Origin: Zygnema circumcarinatum SAG 698-1b
Lineage: Eukaryota; Plantae; Zygnematophyceae
Length of the DNA: 64,000 bases
NCBI GenBank assembly: GCA_037447605.1
Contig: CM074817.1
Location: 1 to 64,000 of the forward strand
Reading direction: 5' to 3'
The position numbers and the translations under genes are program-made. The number at the start of each line of letters is the position of its first letter. The stretch's first letter is position 1. This document shows positions 1 to 10,909 of this stretch, in pieces. A model generated the notes under the pieces. That model saw only the letters and a program-made list of their open reading frames with translations. It did not search any database and was not told the origin of the DNA.

Positions 1-627
1 CGCCGGCGCCGGTCACGCAGACCTGCAAGGCCGGAGAAGCAAAAATTTCGAATAAGGAAATGTGAAAACATCGTCAAACATAAGTTGAGAATGCATCGGT
101 TTGAAGTGTTTGAATGACTGCACGCGATCTTGGGTGAGAGCTGTAAGAAAATATTCGTTTTAGGGTTTTTAGGATATTTAGGTATCGAGGCTTTCAGGAA
201 TGTAACGAATGCTTGTTTTGTGTGTCAGCGATTGGTGGGAAGTTTCATATTGCATCGTAACTTATCCTGAGACGATTCAATGCAGATTTTTGCAAGAACT
301 GTATCAAGGCGTGTTTTAGCAACTTAAGAAGGCCTAGATCATCCTGTCAATCCTGGCCAGAACTGTACGGACATGCATACATATCTGCATGCAAACATGC
401 ATGCATCATTGTCCCATGTCGTCGTTGATCTTGCCAACATCCCCATCCCCATCCCCATCGTCAACTTTGTCGTTTTGACCATGAGCATAGTCGACATGGC
501 GCACATGGCCATACAAATGACATGAGTTGGCATCACAGCGAGGACGCGTCACCTTCATGCCATCGCCCCTGCCCTGCCCTCGCCCCCCCGCGGCATGCCC
601 ATCGCCGGGCCGCATGCGTCCATCCAT
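1..627 (-). CDS. CCR/DFR-like NAD-dependent epimerase/reductase, copy 1, 5' part only (exon 1 627-553; exon 2 starts at 22 and runs off the window)
   Basis: Exon 1 MDGRMRPGDGHAAGGRGQGRGDGMK|GTGACG splices in phase 0 to CAG|VCVTGAG. Flanks are homologous to 40670-41195. Confidence 0.75.
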
Positions 628-2165
628 CGATCCCGCAGTGGTGAAGTCGCAGCTCGAAATGTGTGAGCTTTGCTATGAAGTCGCATCTATGGACATACAG
701 TTTCAGACTTCGACTAGAAAACTTCAATTCTTGGGAAAATCTAGAACTAGAACTCGAACTTGAATTTTAAAAGAAATTGATTGAACTAAGAAAAAAAAAA
801 GGCAGCATGTTCATATGTATCCGAATCTGAGCCATGCAAAACAGATACCTTTAACGAATCCAAACCCTAAGTCCAATCCTAAAGATCCCAAAAAATGACC
901 AATATTTCTAAAGGGCTTTGAAGTAGTTCAACCCCTCGGACCGCCTCTGAAGGCCTCCCAATCCCTTGCTCCGATCGACGGCCTTTCGCCGCCGGCCTTG
1001 CAAAAGGGCAATTTTTGAACTCCTAGCCGGCTCTCGAAGTGGCAGCAGTACGGTTCGTACGGTACGGAGGAGGCTTGCAAGCCCTGTCTGGCAGCCAAAA
1101 GGAGCTTTCGCGAACGCGCCCTTCCGAGAACGAGCGGCCTTCTGTCAACTCAGAGGAGCACTTTTTTTTGTCCGTACGGTACCGTCGGCGCGCTTTGAGG
1201 CGAATACAGTCTACTCACGTTATAGTGATACTCTTTATAAAAACAGCATGGATATACTGACTTTTTTTCCGGGAACGGAATTGCACCACTGCAGAACCTG
1301 CGCCAGTAGTGACGCCATTACGGATATAATGACGTTTGAAAACCCTAATTGTTACTATATATTCAAATTCTGCGCCCGTCCAGCAAGATACTAACGCCGT
1401 CTGTAGTGTTGTGTCAGCATTCTGCAACGCAAAATAGCTTACAATCTAGCAATATGGACGCACCAAAGCCCAAACAAAAGCGTGTTCAGCTGTCTGTGCA
1501 AACGAAAAAGGCTATCTGTGACTTGCGCAAGGAATATTCCACTTTGAAGCAAGAAGGCTTTCTCGGTCTTGTCAAGTTTAAACTTCACATAACCATCGCT
1601 CATCCTACACTCATCAATATCCTCGAAGACTCAGCTAAGTGGAAGCAGCTTGACACTCAAAATGTGACTTCCAAGAAGTTGCGGAGTGCCAAACATCCTC
1701 AGCTTGAAGAGGCCCTATTTTGTTGGTGCAGAGGTGTTCCTCACAGACTCCTCTACACTCTTTCTTTCGCCTGAACTGTCTCCCTCACCCTCAGTGGTCG
1801 CAGACATTTTCTCTCAACTCTCTTTGCCAAGATAATACAATAGCGAATCCTCAAAGCAAAACAGAATGCGGAACGAGAGAAAAGTAAGGAGAAAGCTCAA
1901 GGCCCTAAAACTCCTTAATAAAACAGAGAAGATTACAACTCAGGCTCCCATAAGCCTGACTGCCCACTTCCTCTATTCCCTCTACCAAGCTCACTCTCGG
2001 CTGCCACTTCCCACACTACCTCCTTCTTCAAGGCAGCCTCTTCAACGCATGAAGAGTTCGGAAGCAGCTCCCTCCTCGGCAGTCACTCAGCAACGCCAGC
2101 AGTGCCTTGCCGTCCAAAGAGAAGGGGTTTTAATATCCTTCTATCCTACACACTANNNNNNNNNN

Positions 2166-5100
2166 CCGGCCTTGTACCCACCATTAGGTACATCAAGCTA
2201 CCTATGGCTGACCTGTAAGGTACGTCCTTCATGGCTCTCTCCTCCTCCTCTGACTGCGGCTCCATCTCCTTCGAAAGGTGAACTCCAGCCTCCATCGGGC
2301 TAGAGATGGGCCGGCAATTGAACATCCCAAACCTGTCCAAAACATCCGTGGCATATTTCCTCTGGGAGAGGAAAAAACTGCCGTCTCTTGCCTTCTTGAG
2401 CTGAATCTCAAGAAGGTACTCGGCCTCTCCAAGGTCCGTCATCTGGAAGTTCCTCTGCATTAGATCTTTCAAGCTCTGAATGCTGAGAGCCGAGGAACTG
2501 ACTATGATGAGGTCATCTACATATATCCCCACATAGACTAGCTCCTTCCCTTCCCCTTTGCTATAAACTGAATGATCGGTTTTGAACCTTTTGAAGCCAT
2601 TCTCCCTCAGCAAATCATCGACCTTCTCGTACCAAACACGTGGTGCTTGCTTCAGGCCATACAAGCTTTTCACAAGCTTGCAAACGAGCTCCTCCTTCCC
2701 GGCTTCCACCTTCCCCTCTGGCTGCTCCATGTAGATTTCCTCTGCAAGGTCTCCATACAAGAACGCCGTTTTGATGTCCAGCTGATGGACCATCATCTCC
2801 GCTGAAGCAGCAATTGATATTAGTGCTCTCAAAGAATTAAATTTCACAACAGGGGTGAAAGTTTCAGAGTAGTCAATGCCCTCCTTTTGACTGTAGCCCT
2901 TTGCTACCAGCCGTGCTTTGTAGCGGTCCACGCTCCCATCGGACTTCCTCTTGATCTTGAAGATCCACTTACATCCTATCGCCTTCCTCCCCTTGGGCAG
3001 CTCCTCCAACCGCCAAGTGCGGTGGTTCTCGAAAACTGTCGGCTCAGCATCTATAAGCGGCGGCCTTCCAAAGAGTGCAGATCAGCCCCTTCCGGCCGGA
3101 TGGGGTGTGATGGTCGGGGAACTACGTGCCATGTAGCGATGGGCAATCTTTGGCGGAATCCCTTGAGTCAGGGTACACGATCTGGGCATGCTTCCGGAGC
3201 TAAAATTTCGCAGGCGGAGATCTACAAAACACTGCATCGAGGATCAAAGCAGTAGAGTGCCTTCACGGGACGTCCACTCCTCGTTGTTGGCTGGGGTTGA
3301 GGCTTAGGAGAGGTGCGGTACACTCTTGGTCGCCTTGGTGGAGTCACATCTGCATATGGGTCAAATCCCACAGGCACAGTTGATGTCGACGACATCGGCT
3401 GAGGTGAATCGCTGGTCTCAAGCCAATCCTCTGGCTCCTCCTGCATGTCGGCAGGTCCTCCCCCATTCTGAGTCGAGCCTTCCGACTCCTCGGGCTCACC
3501 GGGCGCATCTTTTGCAAAAGGATGTCTCGGGGAGCCATCTGCCCCCTCTGGCTGAGGAATCCCTCCAACACCTGCATCCTCCCAAATGAACTCAACCATG
3601 TTCCCATCCGAAGGGAACTCCGGGACGTCGGGCAGCTTGCCGAACTCCCAACTTGTCAGTTCGTCAACCTCCAGGTCTCGGCTGCTCTGAATCTTCATCA
3701 TTACAGGGTTCCAAACCCGGTAAGTGTGACTATCAGAGTTGTAGCCAAGTAAGAAGCCATCTTCGGAGCGGGAGTCGAACTTCCCCTTCTGCTTCTGCTT
3801 AGGAACAGCCATCCAACACCGTGAGCCAAAAGCTCGCAAGTGCTCCACGGTTGGCTTCTTCCCACTCCAAACCTCTTCAGGAACTCTATCCTTGAGGACT
3901 CTAGATGGACATCTATTTCTGATGTAAGCGGCTGTGTTCACAGCCTCTGCCCAAAACGTGGTAGGAAATGGAGAGTCACTCAGCATGGACCGAGCCATTT
4001 CTCCTAAGGTCCTATTGACTCTCTCAGCAGCGCCATTACTCTGAGGAGAGTACGGAGCAGAGAATTCGTGTTTAACACCAAGAGACTTCAGGTACTCACT
4101 GAATTTCGTCGATTTGAACTCACCTCCGTTGTCCGAACGGAGGGCCTTCAGCTTCTTGCCGGTCTCTCTCTCAACTTGCAGCTGCCAGTCTCTGAAGGCT
4201 TCGAAAGCCTCTGACTTTTGCTTGAGAAACTTCACCCAGATCTTCCTTGAGCAGTCATCAAGGAAGGTAATGAAGTAATGTCCCCCACCTATGCTGGTAG
4301 GAGTCACAGGGCCACACAAGTCAGTGTGCACCAAGGCCAGCAGCTCCTTGGCGTGGTCCATGACAACTCCACTCCTCACGAATGGCTGCCTATGAATCTT
4401 CCCTGCCATGGACGCATCACACACATGTTGTGCATCCACCTTCTCTGAATCAAGGGTAAGTCCTCTAACCATCCCCTTAGCAAGGTCCTTCAGGCTGCGA
4501 AAGCCCAAGTGTCCAAGTCTTCTGTGCCACCGGTCCAACTCCAAGGGGGACAGTTTGCACACCCTCCCTTCTGGCTTCCAATTTAGAAAATAAAGACCAT
4601 CTCTTTCGTACCCCTCGAAGAGAGTCCTTCCTGTCTGCATGTACGTAGCTATACACGCCTTTTCAAGGAAAACGACTTTTTAGCCTTTCTTGCACACTTG
4701 ACTCACAGACACAAAGTTTGTCTGGAGCCCAGGGGTGTGAAGCACATTACCGATGGTGGTAGGTGCTGCACCTTGACTGTCCCCTATGCAGATTCTGACT
4801 TCTCCTCCTTGGGTCACGACAATGCCGTCCCCTGTCGCTGACTGAATCGAGCGAGTGGACTGGAGGGTCGACAACTCCTGAAACATCGACTCATTCGCAC
4901 ACATGTGTGCTGAAGCTCCGGAGTCGATCAGCCACGGCCTCACGAGCTCTCCTGCTTGCACCTGGCCCAAAAACTCTGCATGCTTACGGTCAGCAAACAT
5001 CAGACTTGTTTCAACAGCCTCCTCCTTGCAGTCCACACTCTTGTGGCCCTTCTTCTTGCATTTGTAGCAGGTTCCAAAGAACTCCTTCTTCGACTTGTCG

Positions 5101-5984
5101 AGCTTCTTGTTCTTCGAATCGCCTCCTCTGTCTTGAGGGGCCTTGCTCCGGCAGTCGGGAGAGTAATGGCCGATCTTGCCACAGTTGTAACACGTTGGCG
5201 GAGGGCGATCTCCTCCACGGGGGTTCTTCTCCTTGCCTTTCAGCTTGGTCTTAGCTCGCATAGCCAAGACGCTCTCGCTGCCGCTCGACTCATCCTGCAA
5301 AGAGTCTTCTTCACGAATCCTCTTCTTGACCTGCTCAAACGTCATCTTAGAGTTCACAAGCACGGTCCTGAGTGCAGTAGTCGTGGCCTCGAATCTACTG
5401 GGCAGGCCCCCCAAGAATTGGCTGACCTTATGATCTGACTCTAAGCCTTTCCCCATGACTACGAATCTGGTCATCAGACTGTCAAACCTGGTCATGTAAT
5501 CTACCAGCTTCTCATCAGAGGACATCTTCATTTTTCCTAACTCTGTGTACAAATGAACGATGGTGACACTGTCCCTAGTGTCATACATCTCCTCTAGACA
5601 CTTCCAAACCTCATGAGAGCTGGTCAAGTCGTAGAGCATGCTGGTCGGACTCCCCTTCACACTCATAGCAATCTGCGTGAGTGCCTTGTTGTCCTTCACC
5701 AACCACCGGGCGTGGTCCTCCGGGTTTGTCTGCGCATTCGGCATCTTTATGCTGCCAGTCACGTGGCCGAACAGACCTTTCCCTTGGAGCAAGTAAGTCA
5801 TACGCCACTTCCACCCCTTATAGTCAGTACCATCAAATGCTGGAATGCTGAACTTGACAGAGGAAGAATCCTCTTCTCCATGGGCTCTGATACCACTTGT
5901 TGGTGCAGAGGTGTTCCTCACAGACTCCTCTACACTCTTTCTTTCGCCTGAACTGTCTCCCTCACCCTCAGTGGTCGCAGACAT
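2166..5984 (-). pseudogene. gag-pol: copia-1 gag-pol, disrupted (gag-PR 5984-4680, in-frame TAA, IN 4640-3222, frameshift, RT 3009-2166)
   Basis: Two CCHC knuckles, protease WLIDSGASAHM, integrase HTDLCGP/SDNGGEF/NGAAERVNRTL, RT HQLDIKTAFLYG and YVDD. Confidence 0.93.
5883..5895 (-). promoter_or_regulatory. Primer-binding site complementary to initiator tRNA-Met (copia-1)
   Basis: TGGTATCAGAGCC lies 2 nt inside the 5' LTR. Confidence 0.92.
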
Positions 5985-6829
5985 TTTCTCTCAACTCTCT
6001 TTGCCAAGATAATACAATAGCGAATCCTCAAAGCAAAACAGAATGCGGAACGAGAGAAAAGTAAGGAGAAAGCTCAAGGCCCTAAAACTCCTTAATAAAA
6101 CAGAGAAGATTACAACTCAGGCTCCCATAAGCCTGACTGCCCACTTCCTCTATTCCCTCTACCAAGCTCACTCTCGGCTGCCACTTCCCACACTACCTCC
6201 TTCTTCAAGGCAGCCTCTTCAACGCATGAAGAGTTCGGAAGCAGCTCCCTCCTCGGCAGTCACTCAGCAACGCCAGCAGTGCCTTGCCGTCCAAAGAGAA
6301 GGGGTTTTAATATCCTTCTATCCTACACACTATATAATACAGGATGTGACGTGACAATGTCACGTCACGGCCGCACTTGCGGGGCCTTGCAACAAGCACT
6401 CACAAAACATGAGTCACAATGACAATGCTCCACCTCCCTTATTTTGTGGTCCTTACTTAGAAGTGGTCCTACTTGTGGGCCTACTTGTGGTCCTACTTGT
6501 GGTCCCATTTTATGCAGCCAGTTACACAAAAGGCTAGATCCGAAGTCGCGTCCTCAAAGGCGCAGCCGCAATGCCTAGCCCCGAAAACCTACGTGGGACG
6601 GGTCCTTTCGACGCCGCGCGCCGTCACACCTATCCGGTCCTTATCGTCCGTACGATCCTGATTTCGGAGCCGGACCACAACGGTCCTGTCCGTGCACCGC
6701 GCCGCTCCGCGCGCCTGATTCGTACGCCGACCGACAAACAGCCCCCTTCTACTAAACTAAACTAGGCCAGCCCTTAGGAACTCTAGCGCTAACACGAACG
6801 TGGAACATGCTAACTATGTTACACCAACA
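5898..6829 (-). repeat. copia-1 5' LTR (932 bp); the 3' LTR is visible at 1721-2155 and cut by the N gap
   Basis: 1721-2155 matches 5898-6332 with no difference seen by eye. U3 has about four copies of a 12-bp GTGGTCCTACTT-like repeat (~6446-6505). Confidence 0.92.
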
Positions 6830-7884
6830 TATTTTTGTGGTTTCAGCAAGCTGTAGCTAACCGTGCTGGCTGCAGCGCTTCAAACAGCGTCACGGCATCA
6901 CCAGTTATGTGCGCCACGGGGAGTCTGGAGACGCAGATGAGGGTGGGGTGTAACAAGCTCTGTCTGAACTGCCAGGTATACTCCTGCAAAATTATTCACC
7001 CGAGGACGTCTTCAACTTTGACGAAGCTGGGTTGTACTATAGAGCAACACCAAGTCGGACCCTGGCATTGAGCAAGCCAAGAGGCTGGAAGAAGCAGAAG
7101 GACAGGGTCACAATTGGGCTGTGTGTGAACGTCACTGGCACTGAGAAGCTGAAGACAAGACAAGCCATCCTACCCTGCTGAAATGCAGCTTTGGATCCCA
7201 AAGATTCAGGGTGAAATTGGTAAAACCACAGCTGCAAACCTGTCCCGTGTCAGGCAAACCACCATCCAGCAATACTTTGTGGCAAACGCCAACACCGATT
7301 TTTATTAACAGAGCTTATGTCTCAAGTGTGTTAAGATATTACATGAGCACTTGAAAGTGTTCTCGTCATGTTTACTTTGTCGGTTTTGCACTGTTGAAGA
7401 GCTTTGTATTAGTTTGTGTACATGGGTGTGCTGGTCTACAGTGGAAGCGAAGCATCTGTAATAACATTGACATTATATGTATAATGACAAACGGGTCATT
7501 ATTGATATAGTGACACGAATGTGTGGGGGCCGACACAGTCACTATAACGTGAGTAGACTGTACTGATTGCCACGTGGTCTGCTCCCTCTCCCAAAACGAC
7601 AATTTTCAAGTACTTTTTTGTCGTTTTGTGATGATTCCTCCGCGTTGTAAAAGTGCATCTGAGCGCCTTGCGGTCGAAGGAAGGACCCACAAAACTTCGT
7701 CTTTTTTTTTTCCCCGTTGGCTGGTCAACCGAACACACCTGCTTTGGAGAAAATTTGCGTTCTGAAGTTTTTGTCTGTGCGCTTGGCAAAGCCGTACCGA
7801 AATGCGTACCTAGCCAATGCTTAATTCGCCCGACAAGCTTGCTAAAATGATTTGGCCATGGTCAATGTCTGACCCCCCATAATA

Positions 7885-8161
7885 GGGGGGGTCAGACCTT
7901 CACCATCGCTTACGAAATTCAAAGATTCCCTATGCAGAAAGGTATTGATTTCGTTTCCAGGTTTCGGGTCGGAAACCGCGGCTCCCCCGAACCTGTCATG
8001 TCCCGTCCGTACTTCGAAATAGCTTACAAAAATGAGATACAGGCTCGGCACCCGAGCCTGTCGAACGGCCACTTTTTGCGAAAAAGGCCTGCCGTACACG
8101 GCGGAATAGGCCCAACGGGCTTACGAAATTGGTTTGGCGATGGTCAAGGTCTGACCCCCCC
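7885..8161. mobile_element. MITE (~280 bp) with 25-bp TIRs flanked by TA; an older right-end fragment of the same family abuts it at ~7790-7878
   Basis: GGGGGGGTCAGACCTT(C/G)ACCATCGC inverted pair with one mismatch. Absent from the paralogous site at ~41585-41620. Confidence 0.7.
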
Positions 8162-9023
8162 TAATGCAGGGGTTCAGGGCAGCTTTTTGTTTGCTTGAAA
8201 ATGCGCCATGCGGTAGACCGTTTCGGGTTGGTCCAGTCCATGTTCGCGCTCATTTGGTTTTGGTGTTTCTGTCCGAAGTTGCGAACCCAAACTCCACTCA
8301 GCTCTTCAACAAGTTCGGAGCTGTTGACAATTTGAGCCAGCTTCCCCTCACTACCCTCACTAATTGACATGCTTGCAGAACTGAAACAAAACACTTTTCA
8401 ATGCACACACTGAGAAGCAAAAGATTCAATTCAGATGCACATACAAAAGTGTAAGGTAAGGAGAAAGCCCACGGCCTCAAAACTCCATAATTAAGTATGG
8501 AAGAGAAACAAGCGTTTGGACAAGCTCACTGGCTTTCACTACAGCTCTGACTAACTCTCCAACCTCCTACTGCCCATACAGTTAGGCAGTTGCACTCCAG
8601 CTACACAAGCTAAGTTACAACTGAATCAAGATATAAAACCTATACAAATCCTACTTAAATACTAAGCAACGATAATCTCCACGTTCCACCGCAAGCCGCC
8701 GCGCGCCACTGCACTGCACTGCACGCCAATGCACTGCGCGCCACCACACCGCACTGCACGCCACCGCACCGCGCACCTCCACGATCAAGGCAACGCTCCA
8801 CGTCGCCTTGAGCTCCCTTCCACTGAGCTCCCTTCCACTGAGCTCCCACTGAGCTCCCTTCCACCGCAAAAGGGGGGGGGCTCCGCCTGAAAGGCCGCCA
8901 TCACCAAAGGAGGAATGTCCGTACAGTCTCCTCGATCCCTCGACCCTTCGAACCTTCGAGACCGTTCGGGAGTACGCATGCGCTTCTTCGATGTCCACGT
9001 GTCAACATCCGCTCACCTCAAGA

Positions 9024-10580
9024 CACGTAAAGGGATGATATATTGAACTCACGATGGCAAGGCCATCAAACGTACATGAAGAAAATCAACATCGGGAACC
9101 AAAGGTAGCGGTCACAATGGACTAAAGGACGAAGAAAAAGCTTTTGAACGAATGTCTACTCCTAGGCTCAACAACACGGCACTAGAAGTAGCCGCGAAGG
9201 TCGCCAAGATGTGGCGCAGCACGCGTAGGAAGAGGGGGGAGACCACCGGGACAAGCACCAACAACCGCCGCACGCCGAAGGATGGTGGAAGCAAGGCAAC
9301 GCTGCAAAGCGATAGAAATGCGCTGTCGATAAAAAGCCGCGAGGATCGCTGGGGGAGGGCTTCCGGGGCCGTGCATCTCAAAGGAGCGATGGGCGCAGTG
9401 GCGAAGGAAGACATCCAACCGAGCATCGAGGCAGCCAAAAATCTCGACCGCCAACGGAACAAACTCATCGGCCGAGTCACGGTGAGCATATGCGCGCTCC
9501 TTACGGAGGGCCGCGTCTCGAGCAGCAACGCCCTCGTGGTGTGCAGAACGGGATAATAGGGCATGGCAAGTCGGATCAGCCAATACAACGTCCCCAAAAA
9601 TACGCCGCGCGCCATCTAAAAGAGCAAGGTCGGGACGCACGCCGCGCTCGCCTGTCGTAGTTTGCCGAGGTGGGATAACATGGGACGGCTCGCGCTGCAC
9701 AAGGTAACCTGCCTCCTGAGCCACGGCGGCAATAGCATCACGAACCACATTGTGGGCCAAGATACGCTCGCCACCTCGTACACAACGAAGAAGGTGCATA
9801 CCCTGCGCATCAATCGAACGACCACAACCACAACGGGGAGAGCCCTGCAAAGGGGGGTGGGGGAGCCCAAGACGAAGACGCGCAGCAAGCTGAAACTGGC
9901 TTGGAGAGAGTCAAAGGGTGGAAAAAATCGGGGTAGCGGCCAGCCACGCCCCTGCACCAGGACCAACACAAGAGCGCAACCGAGCGCACGCAACATCGGA
10001 AGGGAGAGCCGCAATAAGGGAAGAAAAATCAGCAGCAACAACCTCCTCTGTCACAGCGGGCTTAACACGCGAAACTGATTCAACAACTAAGGAAGCAAAA
10101 GGGGGGACACGAGCCTGAGCACTAGAAGGGAGCAAACCATGAGCAGCACGCAAAGCAACCTGGAACGGAAGAGGACCATCATCAACATGAGCAACAACAG
10201 ACTGAAGCAACGGACGATCAGCCACAAGGAAACGCGAAGCTAGAACTGGAGCAACAAGAGCCCAGCTACCCAAAAGGGCAGGGGATGCAACACGCGCAGT
10301 GGGGACAAGCCCCAAACCACCTGCAGAAATAGGAAGGGAGGCCTGTAGACGAGCAAGCGGACCTTCGGGCCGGTCAAAAATACCAGGACCCAAAAGACGA
10401 TGACACACAGAGAAAAGACGCTCATCAAAAGTATGCAAGGACGCAAGAAAAGCGAGGGTAGGAGGTAGGGTCCGTAAAAGATAGGAGGGACGTAAGGCAA
10501 AACAACGAGTAAGCAGGGAAAAGGCCACCTGAGGATCAGAAAGATGAGGCAACTCATCAACCTGAGACAAATCTTCAAGA
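9024..10580 (-). mobile_element. 5'-truncated non-LTR retrotransposon with restriction-like endonuclease (CRE-clade-like) inserted in the copia-2 3' LTR
   Basis: 1557 bp absent from the 5' LTR, with TCAAGA at both junctions. Encodes the post-RT region (SLPISAGGLG, GAGAWL), CCHC knuckle CGCGRSIDAQGMHLLRC, HNVVRD, RPDL...DV and FVPLAVEIFG. One in-frame TGA at 9911, probably from CGA. Confidence 0.82.
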
Positions 10581-10909
10581 ATGCGAATCGTCGTCAGTAC
10601 AATAAGGCAACTCCGCAACCAACCGCTGCGGGGCACGTGGAATAACTAAACTAATTCATTCTGAAATATCTCCCAAGTGGTCGCGGCCTATCGCTGCTCG
10701 CCACGTGTCCAAACTTGACTCCTCGTGTTCAGACCACCCGAACAGGACCTAGTGCCCTGTTCCCATTATGACTAGATCTCTTAAGGACGACCGACACGAG
10801 CTAAGGACCGTACGGTGTACTTTCTAGGCCTATACCCTTATTGTACACTACATTCCCCCTCTCGATCCTAGTCGTAAAAAAGTCCTACGCCAAATAGGAT
10901 ACTATTTCC

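Larger units (their letters stand above)
1721..6829 (-). mobile_element. Ty1/copia LTR retrotransposon 'copia-1'
   Basis: Termini TGTTGGTG...CACCAACA; 5-bp TSD TATTT (1716-1720 and 6830-6834); domain order gag-PR-IN-RT. The gap at 2156-2165 removes RNase H, the PPT and part of the 3' LTR. Confidence 0.95.
1454..7190 (+). pseudogene. pogo/CENP-B-like transposase remnant split by copia-1 (1454-1720 plus 6835-~7190)
   Basis: HTH region KRVQLSVQTKKAIC...RSAKHPQLEEALF|LWFQQ is continuous across the insertion. WLQRFKQRHGI and DDE_1 start YSPEDVFNFDEAGLYY...KDRVTIGLCVNVTGTEK follow, with frameshifts, stops and a deletion. Confidence 0.88.
1207..7560 (+). mobile_element. pogo/Tigger (Tc1-mariner superfamily) DNA transposon, internally deleted (~1.24 kb without the nested copia)
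   Basis: Perfect 22-bp TIRs CAGTCTACTCACGTTATAGTGA (1207-1228 and 7539-7560) with TA on both sides. The paralogous empty site GCGAATA|CTGACTGCCACGTGG is at ~41351-41372. Confidence 0.92.

Noticed and set aside
1721-1774. C-terminus CWCRGVPHRLLYTLSFA of ORF 1349-1774
   Set aside because: Read-through from the pogo transposase into the LTR, not transposase sequence.
1866-2303. ORF MRNERK..., repeated at 6043-6354
   Set aside because: Antisense reading of the copia-1 LTR running into an N gap; no protein features.
5898-6329. Initial reading of the copia-1 LTR as ~430 bp
   Set aside because: The TSD and terminal inverted repeat match only at 6829; the left LTR is truncated by the gap.
8651-8998. 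LTR-internal ORF (also 15538-15861) as an accessory or env-like gene
   Set aside because: Built from short tandem repeats in the LTR; no TM or homology signal. No env-like ORF lies between pol and the 3' LTR.
9152-10118. Plus-strand ORFs over the CRE-like element
   Set aside because: Antisense shadows of a GC-rich coding region.
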